From an uncultured bacterium (lineage in GTDB: Bacteria > Margulisbacteria > WOR-1 > JAKLHX01 > JBAZKV01): a stretch of 46,646 bases of DNA. The notes beneath the pieces were generated by a model that saw nothing but the letters and a program-made list of their open reading frames with translations, ran no database searches and was not told where the DNA came from. Below are positions 27,273 to 37,735 of the stretch, one piece after another. Where the stretch lies: assembly GCA_964443545.1 (NCBI GenBank), contig CAYUCV010000003.1, forward strand, positions 8,868-55,513, read 5' to 3'. The first letter of the stretch is position 1, and each line of letters opens with the position of its first letter. A program made the translations under genes and the position numbers.

Positions 27273-29768
27273 ATGGTAATGTTTGACAGGTTCTCCGAGC
27301 GTGCGGTCCGGGTCATCATGGCCTCTCAGGAAGAGGCCCAGAGGCTCATGGCCCATTCCCTGGGGAACGAGCACATGATACTGGGCATGATACGGGAAAA
27401 AGAACCGGTCGTGCTTAAGACCTTCGAATTTTTCAAGGCGGAGCCCGGACGCACAAAAAGTCTTTTGGAAGAGGCCATAAAAAGCGAGGGAGGCCGTCCC
27501 GCCAACGAGATCCCGTTCAGCGCGCAGGTAAAACACACGATTGAGCTGGCCTGGGACGAGGCCAGGCAGCTCGGCCACAGCTATGTCGGGGTAGAACACC
27601 TATTTATGGGGCTGCTGCGCGAGAATACAGGGCTATGCGCCAGGGTGCTTAATGATCTCGGCATCAATTATTCTACTGCCAAGAACAGGATAATAGCGTA
27701 TCTTGGCGAAGAGACCGCTTACCACAGAAAAGCCCCTTCTTCTTCCGGGACCCCGGTCCTTGATGCCTTTAGCCGCGATCTTACCGTCCAGGCCAGGGAA
27801 AAGAAACTTGATCCCGTTGTGGGCAGGACCAAGGAAATAGAAAGGGTAGTGCAGATACTGTCCCGCAGAAAAAAGAACAACCCGGTGCTTACCGGAGAGG
27901 CAGGGGTCGGAAAGACCGCCATTGTTGAGGGCCTTGCTCAAAAGATCGTGACAGGCAACGTCCCTCATACACTTATGAACAAAAGAGTGGTCTCTCTTGA
28001 CCTGGGTCTTCTGATAGCCGGGACCAAATACCGAGGTGAATTTGAGGAAAGGCTTAAAAGGATAATAGAAGAGCTGCGCAAGAGCGACAGTGTCATTCTT
28101 TTTATCGACGAGATACACACGATAATCGGGGCGGGCGCCGCAGAAGGCGCTATGGATGCGGCAAACATGCTTAAGCCCGCCCTTGCAAGGGGAGAACTCC
28201 AGTGCATAGGAGCCACCACGCAGGATGAATATCGCAAGAAGATAGAAAGCGACGCTGCCCTCGAGCGCAGGTTCCAGTCCGTTCTTGTGGAGGAACCCAC
28301 CGTCCCTGAGACAATAGAAATACTTAAAGGCCTTCGTCCAAGATATGAAGATTTTCACCGGGTTCGAATTTCCGATCAAGCGCTGGTGTCTGCTGCCAGG
28401 CTGTCGGCGCACTACATTCCAGACAGGCATCTGCCGGACAAGGCTATAGATCTGGTGGACGAAGCTTCTGCCAAGGTAATGCTGAGCTCTGCCGTGGCGC
28501 CTCCCGAGGTTGTGGAACTTTCTAAAGAGCTCGAGAGAATAAAGACCGAAAAAGAGACCGCAGTAAGGGAACAGGAATATGAAAAGGCCGCTCAGCTGAG
28601 GGACAAGGAAGAAGCAATCAGGACCCAGTACGAGGCAGCTGCCAAAAATATCGGCTCTGCGGACAGGCAGGCCAGGCCCGAGGTGGAAGAAGAATCCATT
28701 GCCCAGATAGTTTCTTCCTGGACAGGAGTGCCGATAACCCAGCTCACCGAAGAAGAGACCAAGCGGCTGCTGAAGATGGAAGAGGAAATAGGCAGAAAAG
28801 TGGTGGGACAGGAAGAAGCCGTTTCGGTCATAGCAAAGTCCATAAGAAGGTCCAGGGCAGGCTTAAAAGACCCAAAAAGACCCATCGGGTCATTCCTATT
28901 CATGGGGCCATCCGGTGTGGGCAAGACCGAACTTGCAAAGAGGGTGGCGGAATTCATATTTGGCGACAAAGATGCCATGGTCAGGATAGACATGTCCGAA
29001 TATCTGGAATCACACACGGTATCGCGTTTGGTTGGTTCTCCTCCGGGCTATGTCGGTTTTGGAGAAGGAGGCCTTTTATCGGAGCCGGTGCGCAGAAAGC
29101 CGCATTCGGTGGTTCTGCTTGACGAGATAGAAAAAGCGCACCACGATGTCACGAACATACTTTTGCAGGTCCTGGACGACGGCAAACTTACTGATTCCCA
29201 GGGACACACCGTGGACTTTCGCAATACCATAATCATAATGACCTCCAATGTGGGGGCCGATCTTATAAGAAAACAAACCTCTTTCGGATTTCTTACCAGG
29301 GATGATGCAGGTGCTACCTATGACAGGATGAAAGAACAGGTGCTTGAAGAGCTGAAAAAGAGCTTTAAGCCGGAATTCCTGAACAGGATAGACGAGAGCA
29401 TAGTGTTCCATCCTATCACCAAAGAAGACCTTGTAAAGATAGTGGATATAATGATAGGGGAGCTTAACGAAAGGCTTGAGGCAAAAGGGTATTATCTGGA
29501 ACTCACAAAAAAAGCAAAGGACTTTCTCGCGGAAAAGGGGTATGACCCCAAGTTCGGGGCAAGACCGCTAAGAAGGACCATAGAAAATGAAATAGAGGAG
29601 CCTCTTTCAGAAGAAGTGCTGCTCGGTAATTTCCCCTACGGCACCAGGATAAAGGTCGATCTTAAGGATGAAAAAATAGTGTTCTCTGGAAAGCCGGCAA
29701 AAAAGCAGCAGGGCAGGTCGGAAAAAACAATGGAAAGCAAAGAGGCCGAAACCCCGGCATCAAAATGA
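27273..29768 (+). CDS. clpC: ATP-dependent Clp protease ATP-binding subunit ClpC
   Basis: [10 protein letters not shown]-domain repeats, [11 protein letters not shown]-like M-domain [36 protein letters not shown]. Confidence 0.95.
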   Translation: MVMFDRFSERAVRVIMASQEEAQRLMAHSLGNEHMILGMIREKEPVVLKTFEFFKAEPGRTKSLLEEAIKSEGGRPANEIPFSAQVKHTIELAWDEARQLGHSYVGVEHLFMGLLRENTGLCARVLNDLGINYSTAKNRIIAYLGEETAYHRKAPSSSGTPVLDAFSRDLTVQAREKKLDPVVGRTKEIERVVQILSRRKKNNPVLTGEAGVGKTAIVEGLAQKIVTGNVPHTLMNKRVVSLDLGLLIAGTKYRGEFEERLKRIIEELRKSDSVILFIDEIHTIIGAGAAEGAMDAANMLKPALARGELQCIGATTQDEYRKKIESDAALERRFQSVLVEEPTVPETIEILKGLRPRYEDFHRVRISDQALVSAARLSAHYIPDRHLPDKAIDLVDEASAKVMLSSAVAPPEVVELSKELERIKTEKETAVREQEYEKAAQLRDKEEAIRTQYEAAAKNIGSADRQARPEVEEESIAQIVSSWTGVPITQLTEEETKRLLKMEEEIGRKVVGQEEAVSVIAKSIRRSRAGLKDPKRPIGSFLFMGPSGVGKTELAKRVAEFIFGDKDAMVRIDMSEYLESHTVSRLVGSPPGYVGFGEGGLLSEPVRRKPHSVVLLDEIEKAHHDVTNILLQVLDDGKLTDSQGHTVDFRNTIIIMTSNVGADLIRKQTSFGFLTRDDAGATYDRMKEQVLEELKKSFKPEFLNRIDESIVFHPITKEDLVKIVDIMIGELNERLEAKGYYLELTKKAKDFLAEKGYDPKFGARPLRRTIENEIEEPLSEEVLLGNFPYGTRIKVDLKDEKIVFSGKPAKKQQGRSEKTMESKEAETPASK

Positions 29769-31120
29769 GCCCGTTCGTTTGCCAGAGCTGCGGGGCTCAG
29801 TCGCCTTCATGGATAGGCAAATGCCCTGTCTGTGAAGAGTGGAACAGTTATATTGAAGAAAGTTCAAAATCCGAAACTCAAAATCCTAAACAAATCCGAA
29901 GGGTAAAATCGAAGAGCTTAAACGCGGTTCCGATAGGCAAGATAGATGCCCAAAAAGATCCCAGGACCTTATCCGGGATAGGGGAGTTTGACAGGGTGCT
30001 GGGTGGGGGCATTTTAAAGGGGGCTGTCGTGCTTGTGGCAGGAGAGCCTGGGACAGGCAAGTCCACTCTTATGCTGCAGCTGGCTTCTTCAGTAGGAAAA
30101 AAGGGAAAGGTCCTTTATGTGAGCGGGGAAGAATCCCTTAACCAGATCAAAGTTAGAGCCCAGAGGCTGTCCGTGAATGCCCCGGGGCTTTTTATCTATC
30201 CCGATACCGGACTTTTTGAAATTGAGGAGCAGATAACACAACTTAGGCCCGACCTGGTCATGATAGACTCCATCCAGACACTCAGCAGGAGCGACATTCC
30301 TTCCGCCGCCGGCTCGGTATCTCAGATCAAGGATTGCGCCTCCTATCTGGTCCAAATAGCAAAAACACTTAACATCCCGGTTTTCTTGATAGGGCAGGTG
30401 ACAAAAGACGGCTCTGTGGCAGGCCCTCGCATCCTTGAACACATGGTGGATACTGTTCTCTACTTTGAAGGAGAGAACAGCCGCCAGTTGAGGATACTGC
30501 GGGCGGTCAAGAACCGCTTTGGCTCCACCAATGAGGTCGGAATATTTGAGATGACGCAGGAAGGGCTTAAGGAGATAGTTAATCCTTCAAAGATTCTTCT
30601 TGAAGAAGGCTCACTTGGATCTCCAGGTTCCGTTGTTTCCTGTGCGGTGGAGGGAAGCCGTCCTCTTATGATAGAGATCCAGGCCCTTGTAAGCCAGTCC
30701 AAACTTGCCTGTCCGAGAAGAGTGGTGACGGGACTGGACCACAACAGGTGCTCGATGATCATAGGAGTGCTCGAGCGAAAAGCAGGCATCAGGCTTTTTG
30801 AACAGGACATCTATCTCAGCGTTACTTCGGGCCTTTATGTGGATGAGCCTGCGGCGGACCTGCCGGCGGCCCTTGCGGTGGTCTCCTGCGCAAAGAACAA
30901 AGGGATAGATCCCAAAATGATGATAGCCGGAGAACTTGGCCTTACGGGGGAGATCAGGAGCATTTCTAACCTGCAAAAAAGACTTTCGGAAGCAGCTGCC
31001 ACCGGTTTTACAAAAGCCCTTGTGCCTGCCATCAGCCTGAACAAGATCAAGCCTGTAAAAGGCATAGAGATAACCGGGGTCTCAAATATCAGGGAGGCTA
31101 TTGACAGGTCCGCGGGTTAA
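29765..31120 (+). CDS. radA: DNA repair protein RadA/Sms
   Basis: CQSC..CPVC zinc finger, [14 protein letters not shown], Lon-like C-terminus. Confidence 0.97.
   Translation: MSPFVCQSCGAQSPSWIGKCPVCEEWNSYIEESSKSETQNPKQIRRVKSKSLNAVPIGKIDAQKDPRTLSGIGEFDRVLGGGILKGAVVLVAGEPGTGKSTLMLQLASSVGKKGKVLYVSGEESLNQIKVRAQRLSVNAPGLFIYPDTGLFEIEEQITQLRPDLVMIDSIQTLSRSDIPSAAGSVSQIKDCASYLVQIAKTLNIPVFLIGQVTKDGSVAGPRILEHMVDTVLYFEGENSRQLRILRAVKNRFGSTNEVGIFEMTQEGLKEIVNPSKILLEEGSLGSPGSVVSCAVEGSRPLMIEIQALVSQSKLACPRRVVTGLDHNRCSMIIGVLERKAGIRLFEQDIYLSVTSGLYVDEPAADLPAALAVVSCAKNKGIDPKMMIAGELGLTGEIRSISNLQKRLSEAAATGFTKALVPAISLNKIKPVKGIEITGVSNIREAIDRSAG
29860..29912 (+). repeat. Degenerate heptameric (AAATCCG-like) repeat within the radA linker
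   Basis: aagttca-aaatccg-aaactca-aaatcct-aaac-aaatccg-aagggta-aaatcga. Confidence 0.55.
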
Positions 31121-31482
31121 GCCTGTTTGCTCTCGTTTTTGATGTAAGCCTTTAGCACCAGGTCCAAAAGACGGCCCTGGTCTTCTTTGGGAAGCCGTGT
31201 CCCAAGCCCTTTAAGTTCCTTGTTGAGCATATCCGAGGCGGCGGCCCTAAGGTCGCTTCCGGAAAAGGTCCTTTTTGTACAATTATTCTTCATGGTGTTG
31301 TCCGCTGCAACTTTATGCATCATATTTTCTGCTTTTCCAGCTTTTTCTATCATTGGTCCCCTCTGTAAATAAGAGCGGGGCAGATCTGGGCCGGTGATCA
31401 ACAGGCGAGGCACCGGCTTGGTCCCGGGCCTGCCCCCTTCTACATGTATATCGGCTTTTCCGGGGACGGATTTCAGCGTCAA
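31117..31482 (-). CDS. Hypothetical protein (orphan)
   Basis: 121-aa ORF with TTG start overlapping the upstream stop (TTGA); stop overlaps the radA stop. Confidence 0.5.
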   Translation of the reverse strand: MTLKSVPGKADIHVEGGRPGTKPVPRLLITGPDLPRSYLQRGPMIEKAGKAENMMHKVAADNTMKNNCTKRTFSGSDLRAAASDMLNKELKGLGTRLPKEDQGRLLDLVLKAYIKNESKQA

Positions 31483-32069
31483 GAGATATTAGGCCTCATA
31501 AACCTGGCAAAATCAACTCCTCCGCCAGAGAACTCAAAAAAGAAGCGGTTTGCCTCCGAGTGTATAACGGTCATGAAACTGGGCAGAAGATCGGAAAGAT
31601 AATTATAGTATGAAGTCCGGACCGACTGGTCCATGAAACCGCGGTTCCAATCAAACATTAGATGTCCCTTTACACAGTGGGGATTTACAATAAGGCCTTC
31701 AAGGCTCATGACCCCGTAGATCAACCCTTCCCTGTTGGCAGGCACAGAAGAAAGCCCGAGCGCATCGCCAAGCACCGAAGCCACACCCTGCGACCTAAGT
31801 CCGATCCCGAGAAGATTAGAAGGCGAGTAGAATACGAATCCCATCTGTCCGGAAGCGGTTTCCCGGTTCATGTCCATATATCTGACCAAAGGATAGAAAG
31901 TGTTTTCCTTAAGGATGCACGGAAGTTCAAGCTTTGACTCAAATCTTCTTGCCGAAGGCGCTGCTCCGGGGATCGAGCGACCTGTGCCCCCGCGCCTGAA
32001 CAGGCCTCCAAATAGCCCCCTTAACCCTGCCGAAAGACCAGATGTGTTTATCAGATGACCGGCTACCAT
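31479..32069 (-). CDS. Hypothetical protein (orphan)
   Basis: Long ORF filling the radA-dapB gap; AGGAGGT SD in front of ATGATG (start 32069 or 32072). Confidence 0.65.
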   Translation of the reverse strand: MVAGHLINTSGLSAGLRGLFGGLFRRGGTGRSIPGAAPSARRFESKLELPCILKENTFYPLVRYMDMNRETASGQMGFVFYSPSNLLGIGLRSQGVASVLGDALGLSSVPANREGLIYGVMSLEGLIVNPHCVKGHLMFDWNRGFMDQSVRTSYYNYLSDLLPSFMTVIHSEANRFFFEFSGGGVDFARFMRPNIS

Positions 32070-32104
32070 CATGCTACCTCCTATCGTGATATTCTTACGG
32101 ATAA

Positions 32105-32132
32105 CCATCGACAGGAGGTCTTGAAAATTTCA
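32105..32132 (-). promoter_or_regulatory. Sigma28 (FliA/WhiG)-like promoter
   Basis: TGAAATTT-N12-GTCGATGG about 35 nt upstream of the SD-supported start. Confidence 0.45.
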
Positions 32133-32160
32133 GGCTATTTGCCGGAGGGCTGCAAAAATG

Positions 32161-32838
32161 TCAGAGTATATTCTCGAGCCCGTAGGTCAGGCCTTTGAGC
32201 GACTTGATCTTTTTTGCGGCAAGCACTACGCCGGGCATAAAGCATTCCCTACCCGTGGTTTGGTGCTTGATAGTGAGGGTCTGTCCCAGGCCGCCAAAGA
32301 TGACCTGCTGGTCGGCTACAAAACCAGGAAGTCTTACGCTGTGGATAGGAACATCCTTTATGCCGGAGCTATTTTTCATCATATCCGCGGTCTTAAGCGC
32401 CGTTCCGGAAGGGGCATCAAGCTTTTGATCGTGATGCAGTTCTATTATCTCGGCTTTTGGCATATATTTGGCCGCGTCGGAGGCGTACTTCATCATGAGA
32501 ACTGCCCCGACGGCAAAGTTGGGGGCCACAAGGATGTTCACCCCGTTGGTGCTGCACAGGTCCTTTATCTCAGCAAGGTCCTTTTCGGTGATGCCGGTAG
32601 TTCCAACTATCACATGGCATTTGTTCTTTGCCGCAGTCCTTATGTTGCCCATGGCCGACTTTGGAATTGTAAAATCAATTACAACATCAGGCCTGGACTT
32701 TTTTATGGTCTCTGCCAGATCGTCGCCAAGGTCTGTCTGCGCCACAAGTTCAAGTTCGGCTTCTTTTGAGACCGCCTTTATGACCTCCTGGCCCATTTTT
32801 CCCTTAGCGCCGTTAACGAGCACCCTTGTTCTTTCCAT
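32161..32838 (-). CDS. dapB: 4-hydroxy-tetrahydrodipicolinate reductase
   Basis: GAKGKMG, IDFT, VGTTG, APNFAVG, EIIELHHDQKLDAPSGTA. Confidence 0.96.
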   Translation of the reverse strand: MERTRVLVNGAKGKMGQEVIKAVSKEAELELVAQTDLGDDLAETIKKSRPDVVIDFTIPKSAMGNIRTAAKNKCHVIVGTTGITEKDLAEIKDLCSTNGVNILVAPNFAVGAVLMMKYASDAAKYMPKAEIIELHHDQKLDAPSGTALKTADMMKNSSGIKDVPIHSVRLPGFVADQQVIFGGLGQTLTIKHQTTGRECFMPGVVLAAKKIKSLKGLTYGLENIL

Positions 32839-32845
32839 ACTGCTA

Positions 32846-32873
32846 ATTATACCTCTATTTTCTTTATTGGCAA
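32846..32873 (-). promoter_or_regulatory. Sigma70 promoter of dapB (leaderless geometry)
   Basis: TTGCCA-16 bp-TATAAT; ATG 7 nt downstream. Confidence 0.55.
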
Positions 32874-34109
32874 TTCGTCAAAATCGCCTATCACAACCAG
32901 CGAAAGCTGTTTGTTATCATAATGCCTGTCGGCCATTTCCATTATCTTGTCAGGAGTAACTGCATCGATCTTGCCAAGCACCTCATCTATCGTTAGGACC
33001 TGTCCGAAGTAAAAGTGCGACCTTGCCATATAATTCATCCTGCTGTTGCTTGCCTCAAGGGACAGAACGAGCGATCCTTTTATGAACTCCCTGGAGCGCT
33101 CATACTCTTCCTTTGTAATGCCGTCTTTTTTTATCTTTCTTATCTCGTCCAGGATCAGCTCTACCGTTTTTTCAAAGTTCTCTTTTCTGGTGCCGGCATA
33201 AACGCCGCACAGCCCGGCGTTCTTAAAACCGTGGTTAAAGGAGAACACCGAATATGCCAGGCCCCTTTTTTCCCTTATTTCCTGGAACAGCCTTGAGCTC
33301 ATGGAGCCCCCCAGCACATTGTCCAGGAGGGAGAACGCATAGCGGTCCGGGTCGGTCTGAGAAACGCCGTTGGCGCCGATTATCAGGTGGACCTGTTCCG
33401 TCTTTTTCTTTTTCAATTTTATGCATGGGGACGGTTCTGCAGGTTCGAGATCCGGGGTTTTAAAGTTCCCTCTGTACCCGGAAAAAGAGGCCGATACTAT
33501 CTTTTGTGCTTCTTTGGGTTTGATATTTCCGGCAATAGAGATGATAAGGTTTTGTGGGGTGTAGTATTTTTCCCTGTATCTAAGTATCTTATCCCTGTCA
33601 AGCGACTTTACGGTGTCTTCGGTCCCTATGGTCGTGTTGCCGAAGCCGCTGCCGGGCAGCATGGAAGCGGTAAAGATGTCATGGATCTGATCGTCGGGGG
33701 CATCTTCGTACATTTTGATCTCTTCAAGGATGACATGTCTTTCCACATTAAGGTCTGCGGCTTCATATTTTGAATTCAGGAAGATATCTGACAGAACATC
33801 GGCGGCCACATCGATGTGCTTGTCCTGCACTATGGCATAGTAAACAGTGAATTCCTTGCCGGTAAAGGCGTTCAGCCTTCCGCCCACTCCGTCCAATTCC
33901 TGCGCTATCATGGCCGCGGTCCTTTTTTGCGTCCCTTTGAAAGTCAGGTGCTCTATAAAGTGGGAAATGCCTATCTCTTCTGGAGCCTCGCTGGAAGACC
34001 CCACTCTGCACATAAGGCCCATGCTTACCGACCTTAAAGTGGGGATCTCTTCCGTTAAAAGCGTGATACCGTTATCAAGAATAGATGTTGTGGCGTTGGG
34101 AAGGCGCAT
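32847..34109 (-). CDS. M16 family (pitrilysin-like) zinc protease
   Basis: GISHFIEHLTFKGT (HxxEH), LNAFTGKE, LGGSMSSRLFQEIREKRGLAYSV. Start taken at MRLPN (34109) to avoid overlap with nadD. Confidence 0.93.
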   Translation of the reverse strand: MRLPNATTSILDNGITLLTEEIPTLRSVSMGLMCRVGSSSEAPEEIGISHFIEHLTFKGTQKRTAAMIAQELDGVGGRLNAFTGKEFTVYYAIVQDKHIDVAADVLSDIFLNSKYEAADLNVERHVILEEIKMYEDAPDDQIHDIFTASMLPGSGFGNTTIGTEDTVKSLDRDKILRYREKYYTPQNLIISIAGNIKPKEAQKIVSASFSGYRGNFKTPDLEPAEPSPCIKLKKKKTEQVHLIIGANGVSQTDPDRYAFSLLDNVLGGSMSSRLFQEIREKRGLAYSVFSFNHGFKNAGLCGVYAGTRKENFEKTVELILDEIRKIKKDGITKEEYERSREFIKGSLVLSLEASNSRMNYMARSHFYFGQVLTIDEVLGKIDAVTPDKIMEMADRHYDNKQLSLVVIGDFDELPIKKIEV

Positions 34110-34113
34110 CTTG

Positions 34114-34722
34114 TTATAAGTATAGCCTATTTTCCGTGATATAGTCCTTAACTGCGCCCGGAACAAATTTTGATATGTCTTTTTGTTTGCGGAGCCTTTC
34201 CCTGATGTCGGAAGAAGAGATCTTCATGTTGAGCTCTATCAGCTCTATTTTTTCCTTGTTAAGCGCAACGGGAGGGAATTTCATGATCCTTCTGAAAGTC
34301 TTGATCTTTGCCCCCGGGCGCGTGGCCACAATAAAGCGGCAGAGCTTAAAAAGCTCAAGTGGTTTTTTCCAGTTGAGGATGTCATTTATGGAATCAAGAC
34401 CCATTATGTAGTAGAGCTTTGTCCCTGCCCCGTACCTCTTTTTCAGCTTTGAAAAAGTATCCACCGCGTAAGAATAGCCCTTCCTGTTGATCTCGATAGA
34501 CGACACTTTAAAGTGTCGGCCTCTATTCTTTACCGCCAGCCTCACCATTTTCATGCGGTGCTTTTTTGACGCAAGGTTCCTAGTGCTTTTGTGGGGCGGA
34601 AGGCCGGTGGGGACAAAGACCACAAGATCGAGCCCTGCTTTTTTTGCGGCGGTTTTGGCAAGGCTCAGATGGCCTTTGTGCGGAGGGTTGAAAGTCCCTC
34701 CCAGAATGCCGAGCTTTTTCAT
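34114..34722 (-). CDS. nadD: Nicotinate-nucleotide adenylyltransferase
   Basis: GGTFNPPHKGH, PPHK, SYAVDT, IMGLDS, ISSSDIR. Confidence 0.95.
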   Translation of the reverse strand: MKKLGILGGTFNPPHKGHLSLAKTAAKKAGLDLVVFVPTGLPPHKSTRNLASKKHRMKMVRLAVKNRGRHFKVSSIEINRKGYSYAVDTFSKLKKRYGAGTKLYYIMGLDSINDILNWKKPLELFKLCRFIVATRPGAKIKTFRRIMKFPPVALNKEKIELIELNMKISSSDIRERLRKQKDISKFVPGAVKDYITENRLYL

Positions 34723-35969
34723 TTTCGTATCTGTCCGGAGCCTTCGATCACATACTTGTAGCTGGTTAACTCGCTCAGCCCCATGGGGCCCCTTGCGTGC
34801 AGCTTTTGCGTGGAGATGCCGATCTCTGCTCCAAAACCGAACTCTCCGCCGTCGGTAAAGCGCGTGGAAGCGTTCACATACACGGCTGCCGAATCAAGTT
34901 TTGAGGTGAACAGGCCAGCTTTTTTTCTGTCCCCTGTTATTATGGTTTCGCTGTGGCCGGAGCCGTATTTAGTGATATGTTCTATCGCCTCGTCTATTCC
35001 GGTGACTATGCGCACTGCCAGGATCAGGTCCAGATACTCTGTCTTCCAGTCCTCCTCGGAGGCTTCTTCCAGCGAAGGATCTATCCTCCTTGTTTTGCTG
35101 CAGCCCTTTATCCTGACGCCCGCTGATTTGAGGTGCTTTATCATGGAAGGCAGGAAACCTGCGGCTATCTTTTCGTCAACAAGCAGGGTCTCTATGGCAT
35201 TGCAGACCGAAGGCCGCTGGACCTTTGCGTTAAAGACCACTTCTTGAGCCATCTTCTGGTCGGCGCTTGCTTCAACATAGGCATGACAGTTACCGACGCC
35301 GGTTTCAATTACTGGTACCCGGGACTTTTCTACCACCATGTCTATAAGTCCGGCGCCTCCCCTGGGGATGGCGCAGTCAATATACTGGCGCAGCGACAAA
35401 AGGTCTTCGACCGCTTTTCTGTCCGTTGAATTTATCAGGGAAACAGCGCCCTCTGGTATCCCGCAGGAGGAGGCGGCCTTTGAAATAAGGTCCGCAAGAA
35501 AGATGTTGGAATTGACGGCGTCAGAGCCTCCCCGCAGCACCACGCAATTCCCCGATTTAAGGCAGAGAGCGGCCGCGTCAACGGTGACATTGGGCCTTGC
35601 CTCATAGATTATCGCTATGACGCCCAGAGGCACGCGAACTTTCTTTATCCTGAGCCCGTTTGGCCTTTTCCATTTGCAGATGACCTCTCCCACGGGGTCT
35701 TTTAACCCTGCTACCTTTTTTAATCCTTCCGCCATGTCTTTTATCCTGGCTTCGCTTAAGGAAAGCCGGTCTATCAGAGCTTTTGAAAGACCTTTAGACT
35801 TTGCGGCCTCTATGTCCTTTTTGTTGGCCTCAAGAAGATCTTTGCTCGAAGATAAAAGCGAGGAGGCCACGGCCAAAAGCGCGGCATTTTTTGCTTTTGT
35901 GTCCATAACGGACAGAGCCATCGCGGTTTTTTTTGCAGCGGCGGCTTTTTCTATAACTTCGGATATCAC
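34719..35969 (-). CDS. proA: Gamma-glutamyl phosphate reductase
   Basis: VPLGVIAIIYEARPNVT, PSVCNAIETLL, NASTRFTDGGEFGFGAEIGISTQKLHARGPMGL. Confidence 0.98.
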   Translation of the reverse strand: MISEVIEKAAAAKKTAMALSVMDTKAKNAALLAVASSLLSSSKDLLEANKKDIEAAKSKGLSKALIDRLSLSEARIKDMAEGLKKVAGLKDPVGEVICKWKRPNGLRIKKVRVPLGVIAIIYEARPNVTVDAAALCLKSGNCVVLRGGSDAVNSNIFLADLISKAASSCGIPEGAVSLINSTDRKAVEDLLSLRQYIDCAIPRGGAGLIDMVVEKSRVPVIETGVGNCHAYVEASADQKMAQEVVFNAKVQRPSVCNAIETLLVDEKIAAGFLPSMIKHLKSAGVRIKGCSKTRRIDPSLEEASEEDWKTEYLDLILAVRIVTGIDEAIEHITKYGSGHSETIITGDRKKAGLFTSKLDSAAVYVNASTRFTDGGEFGFGAEIGISTQKLHARGPMGLSELTSYKYVIEGSGQIRK

Positions 35970-37078
35970 AGTATCACCATATTGTCCCTGTGCACTACTT
36001 CTTCCCCCAAAGAGCCTTCCACTGCCTTTTCTATTTCCGAGGACTTGAGGCCTTTTATCCTTGCCAGCTGCTCGCTCGTATAGTTGGTCAAGCCCCTGCC
36101 TATCTCTTTCCTGGAGCCGTCAAGTATACCTATGACCTCGCCGGTGCCAAAACGGCCTTTTATTTCTTTGATCCCGACCGCAAGCAGGCTTTTTCCGCCT
36201 TCAAGCAGAGCTGCCCTTGCCCCATCATCTATTACAACATGGCCGGCAGGCTTTTTGCCGTGGGCTATCCATCTTTTTTTGCTCTCCATCCTTGAGAGCT
36301 TGGGAACAAAAAGGGTGCCTTCTTCATTTCCGTCAAGCACAGAGGTAATGACGCCGTCCTTTTTGTTGTCGGCTATGACCATGGGGATCCCTGCGTTAAG
36401 CACTATCTTTGCGGCCTCGAGCTTGGTGGACATGCCGCCGGTGCCAAGAGAAGTGGAGCTGCCTTTTGCCGCAGATTCTATCTCTTTTGTTATTTTATCC
36501 ACATAGGGCAGGAGTTTTCCATCCATAAAAAAGCCCTCGACATCGGTTAATAGTATCAAAAGGTCCGCCCCTATCAAGCTTGCCACCAAAGCGCTGAGGT
36601 TGTCATTGTCCCCGACCCGGATCTCATACGTTGCCATGGTGTCGTTCTCGTTGATAACGGGAACCGCGCCGAACTTGAGCAGCTGAAGGATGGTGTTCCT
36701 TGAATTAAGGTATCTTTCCCGGTCCTCCATCGCGTCCCTGGTCAGAAGCACCTGTCCCACCGCCAGGCCGAAAGCCCCGAACGCTTTTTCGTACTGGGTA
36801 AGGAGCAGGTTCTGTCCTATTGCCGCGGCTGCCTGTTTTTCGGGGATAGAACACACCGTTTTGCTGCGGCCAAGTTTTTGAACGCCGGCCGCGATCGCTC
36901 CCGAAGACACCAGCACCACCTGCTTTTTTTTGCCGGAGACGATATAGTAGACTTCCTGGGCTAGTTTTCTGAACTTTTCGCCGTCAAGACAGCCGGAAGG
37001 GTCTGTAAGAGAGCTGGTTCCTATCTTGACAACGATCAAACTGGAGCTGCAAAGGTCCTTACGGGGAAAAAGAGACAT
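35966..37078 (-). CDS. proB: Glutamate 5-kinase with PUA domain
   Basis: VVKIGTSSL, VSSGAIAAG, INENDT, GDNDNLSA, GTGGMSTK, VVHRDN. Confidence 0.97.
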   Translation of the reverse strand: MSLFPRKDLCSSSLIVVKIGTSSLTDPSGCLDGEKFRKLAQEVYYIVSGKKKQVVLVSSGAIAAGVQKLGRSKTVCSIPEKQAAAAIGQNLLLTQYEKAFGAFGLAVGQVLLTRDAMEDRERYLNSRNTILQLLKFGAVPVINENDTMATYEIRVGDNDNLSALVASLIGADLLILLTDVEGFFMDGKLLPYVDKITKEIESAAKGSSTSLGTGGMSTKLEAAKIVLNAGIPMVIADNKKDGVITSVLDGNEEGTLFVPKLSRMESKKRWIAHGKKPAGHVVIDDGARAALLEGGKSLLAVGIKEIKGRFGTGEVIGILDGSRKEIGRGLTNYTSEQLARIKGLKSSEIEKAVEGSLGEEVVHRDNMVIL

Positions 37079-37097
37079 GGTATAGAATTACCCCCCT

Positions 37098-37334
37098 TTA
37101 CGGGGCTATGCTTACGCTTCGCTTGCCGAATACTACCCTTCCGTCCGAAAGGGCGAACAGAGTATCGTCCTTTCCTATCCCGACATTGGTCCCGGGAAGG
37201 AACTTGGTGCCTCTCTGCCTGAGTATGATAGAGCCCGCGGTGACATGCTGGCCTCCGTAAGTTTTTACTCCGAGGCGCTGTCCGTGCGAGTCCCTTCCGT
37301 TGGTAGATGTTCCGCCGCCTTTTTTATGTGCCAT
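37098..37334 (-). CDS. rpmA: 50S ribosomal protein L27
   Basis: [27 protein letters not shown]. Confidence 0.98.
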   Translation of the reverse strand: MAHKKGGGTSTNGRDSHGQRLGVKTYGGQHVTAGSIILRQRGTKFLPGTNVGIGKDDTLFALSDGRVVFGKRSVSIAP

Positions 37335-37344
37335 GGGTCCTCCG

Positions 37345-37653
37345 CTATGATATGCTGTCTATTTTGATCCTTGTATACTTTTGCCTGTGGCCTTTGGTCT
37401 TGTGATAGCCGGTCTTTCTTTTGTACTTAAAGCTTATCACTTTATCGTCCTTAACAAGATCAAGAACTGTCCCGCTGACCTTGGGGCTCTTAAGATAAGG
37501 GGTCCCTATTTTTACATCGCTACCATCAACGGCTAAAAGGACCCTGTCAAAGACGGCCTTATCGTCCTTTTGCTGGCCTGTCAGTTCAACATCTATAATA
37601 TTGCCGGGTTCAACCTTGTATTGTTTGCTGCCGGACTCGATTATCGCGTACAT
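37345..37653 (-). CDS. rplU: 50S ribosomal protein L21
   Basis: [27 protein letters not shown]. Confidence 0.97.
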   Translation of the reverse strand: MYAIIESGSKQYKVEPGNIIDVELTGQQKDDKAVFDRVLLAVDGSDVKIGTPYLKSPKVSGTVLDLVKDDKVISFKYKRKTGYHKTKGHRQKYTRIKIDSIS

Positions 37654-37662
37654 GATGTTTTT

Positions 37663-37691
37663 ACTCTAGCAAATAATACCGGAGTTGTCAA
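37663..37691 (-). promoter_or_regulatory. Sigma70 promoter of rplU-rpmA-proBA-nadD
   Basis: TTGACA-17 bp-TAGAGT with extended -10 TG; ATG 9 nt downstream, no SD. Confidence 0.6.
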
Positions 37692-37713
37692 CCGAGGCGG
37701 CATTTGATATAAT
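37685..37713 (+). promoter_or_regulatory. Sigma70 promoter of infC-rpmI-rplT
   Basis: TTGTCA-17 bp-TATAAT with extended -10 TG; its -35 overlaps the divergent rplU -35. Confidence 0.7.
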
Positions 37714-37735
37714 CATTCTATTCGGAGGGTTTGGC

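Noticed and set aside
37714-37735. L20 or L21 ribosomal-protein leader RNAs
   Set aside because: The predicted leaders of infC and rplU are too short to hold them.
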